Below, piece after piece: positions 63,923-64,000 of a stretch of 64,000 nt of DNA. Under the pieces are notes generated by a model. That model saw nothing but the letters and a program-made list of their open reading frames with translations, was not told where the DNA came from and searched no databases. How positions within the stretch are numbered: the first letter of the stretch is position 1; every line of letters starts with the position of its first letter. This DNA comes from a virus: positions 1 to 64,000 of the IMG/VR virus record IMGVR_UViG_3300050821_006280, one strand, 5' to 3'. The position numbers were made by a program, and so were the translations under genes.

Positions 63923-64000
63923 GACTCGATCGTAGCACGAGTAACAGCTAGCTGGCCGCGGAGGCGCTCTTTTCTTTCTTCGGGTTCGCCTTCTTGGCAT

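Noticed and set aside
1-64000. CRISPR array / tRNA / rRNA / integrase / reverse transcriptase
   Set aside because: No spaced direct-repeat array, cloverleaf or relevant motifs seen by eye; the Cas4-like gene is solo. tRNAscan/Infernal were not run
1-64000. Alternative genetic code (stop-codon reassignment)
   Set aside because: Conserved genes are full length under code 11, and TAA, TAG and TGA all serve as stops
63923-64000. Arg-rich N-terminal extension MPRRRTRRKK of the last ORF
   Set aside because: Edge artefact; the region more likely holds the end of an upstream gene (…AKKANPKKEKSASAAS*) and a promoter

Overview
The window is a 64-kb, densely coding segment of a large tailed dsDNA bacteriophage (myovirus), read with the standard genetic code. 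Nearly all genes are on the minus strand. In transcription order (right to left) there are four blocks. (1) Replication/recombination: DnaG-type primase, gp32-like SSB, a degenerate SF2 helicase, RecA, two resolvase-like nucleases, Dam-family methylase, solo Cas4-like exonuclease and a second SSB. (2) A ParB-like gene followed by an unusual thrice-repeated [small partner + PI3/4K/HipA-fold kinase-like] module. (3) Terminase subunits, a holin, and a T4-like head module (portal, core proteins, protease-scaffold fusion, gp23-like capsid, gp13/gp14 neck). (4) A contractile tail and baseplate module (sheath, two tube paralogs, tail assembly chaperone, tape measure, hub, spike, gp25, wedge, fibres). 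The only convincing plus-strand gene is a lipoprotein metzincin protease. The best candidate for an undescribed system is the triplicated partner/kinase cassette at 43.7-49.0 kb, whose copies appear to be one intact, one partly degenerate and one pseudo-kinase. Other highlights: a start-less 72-codon frame reachable by a +1 shift at CCC-UUU-CGG, twin -1 slippery sites in the tail chaperone, a dead-HNH/tandem-RHH gene behind a 20-bp-arm palindrome, and one beta-domain reused in capsid, sheath and baseplate. No tRNA, rRNA, CRISPR array or integrase was seen. All family assignments come from motif recognition by eye, not from database searches.
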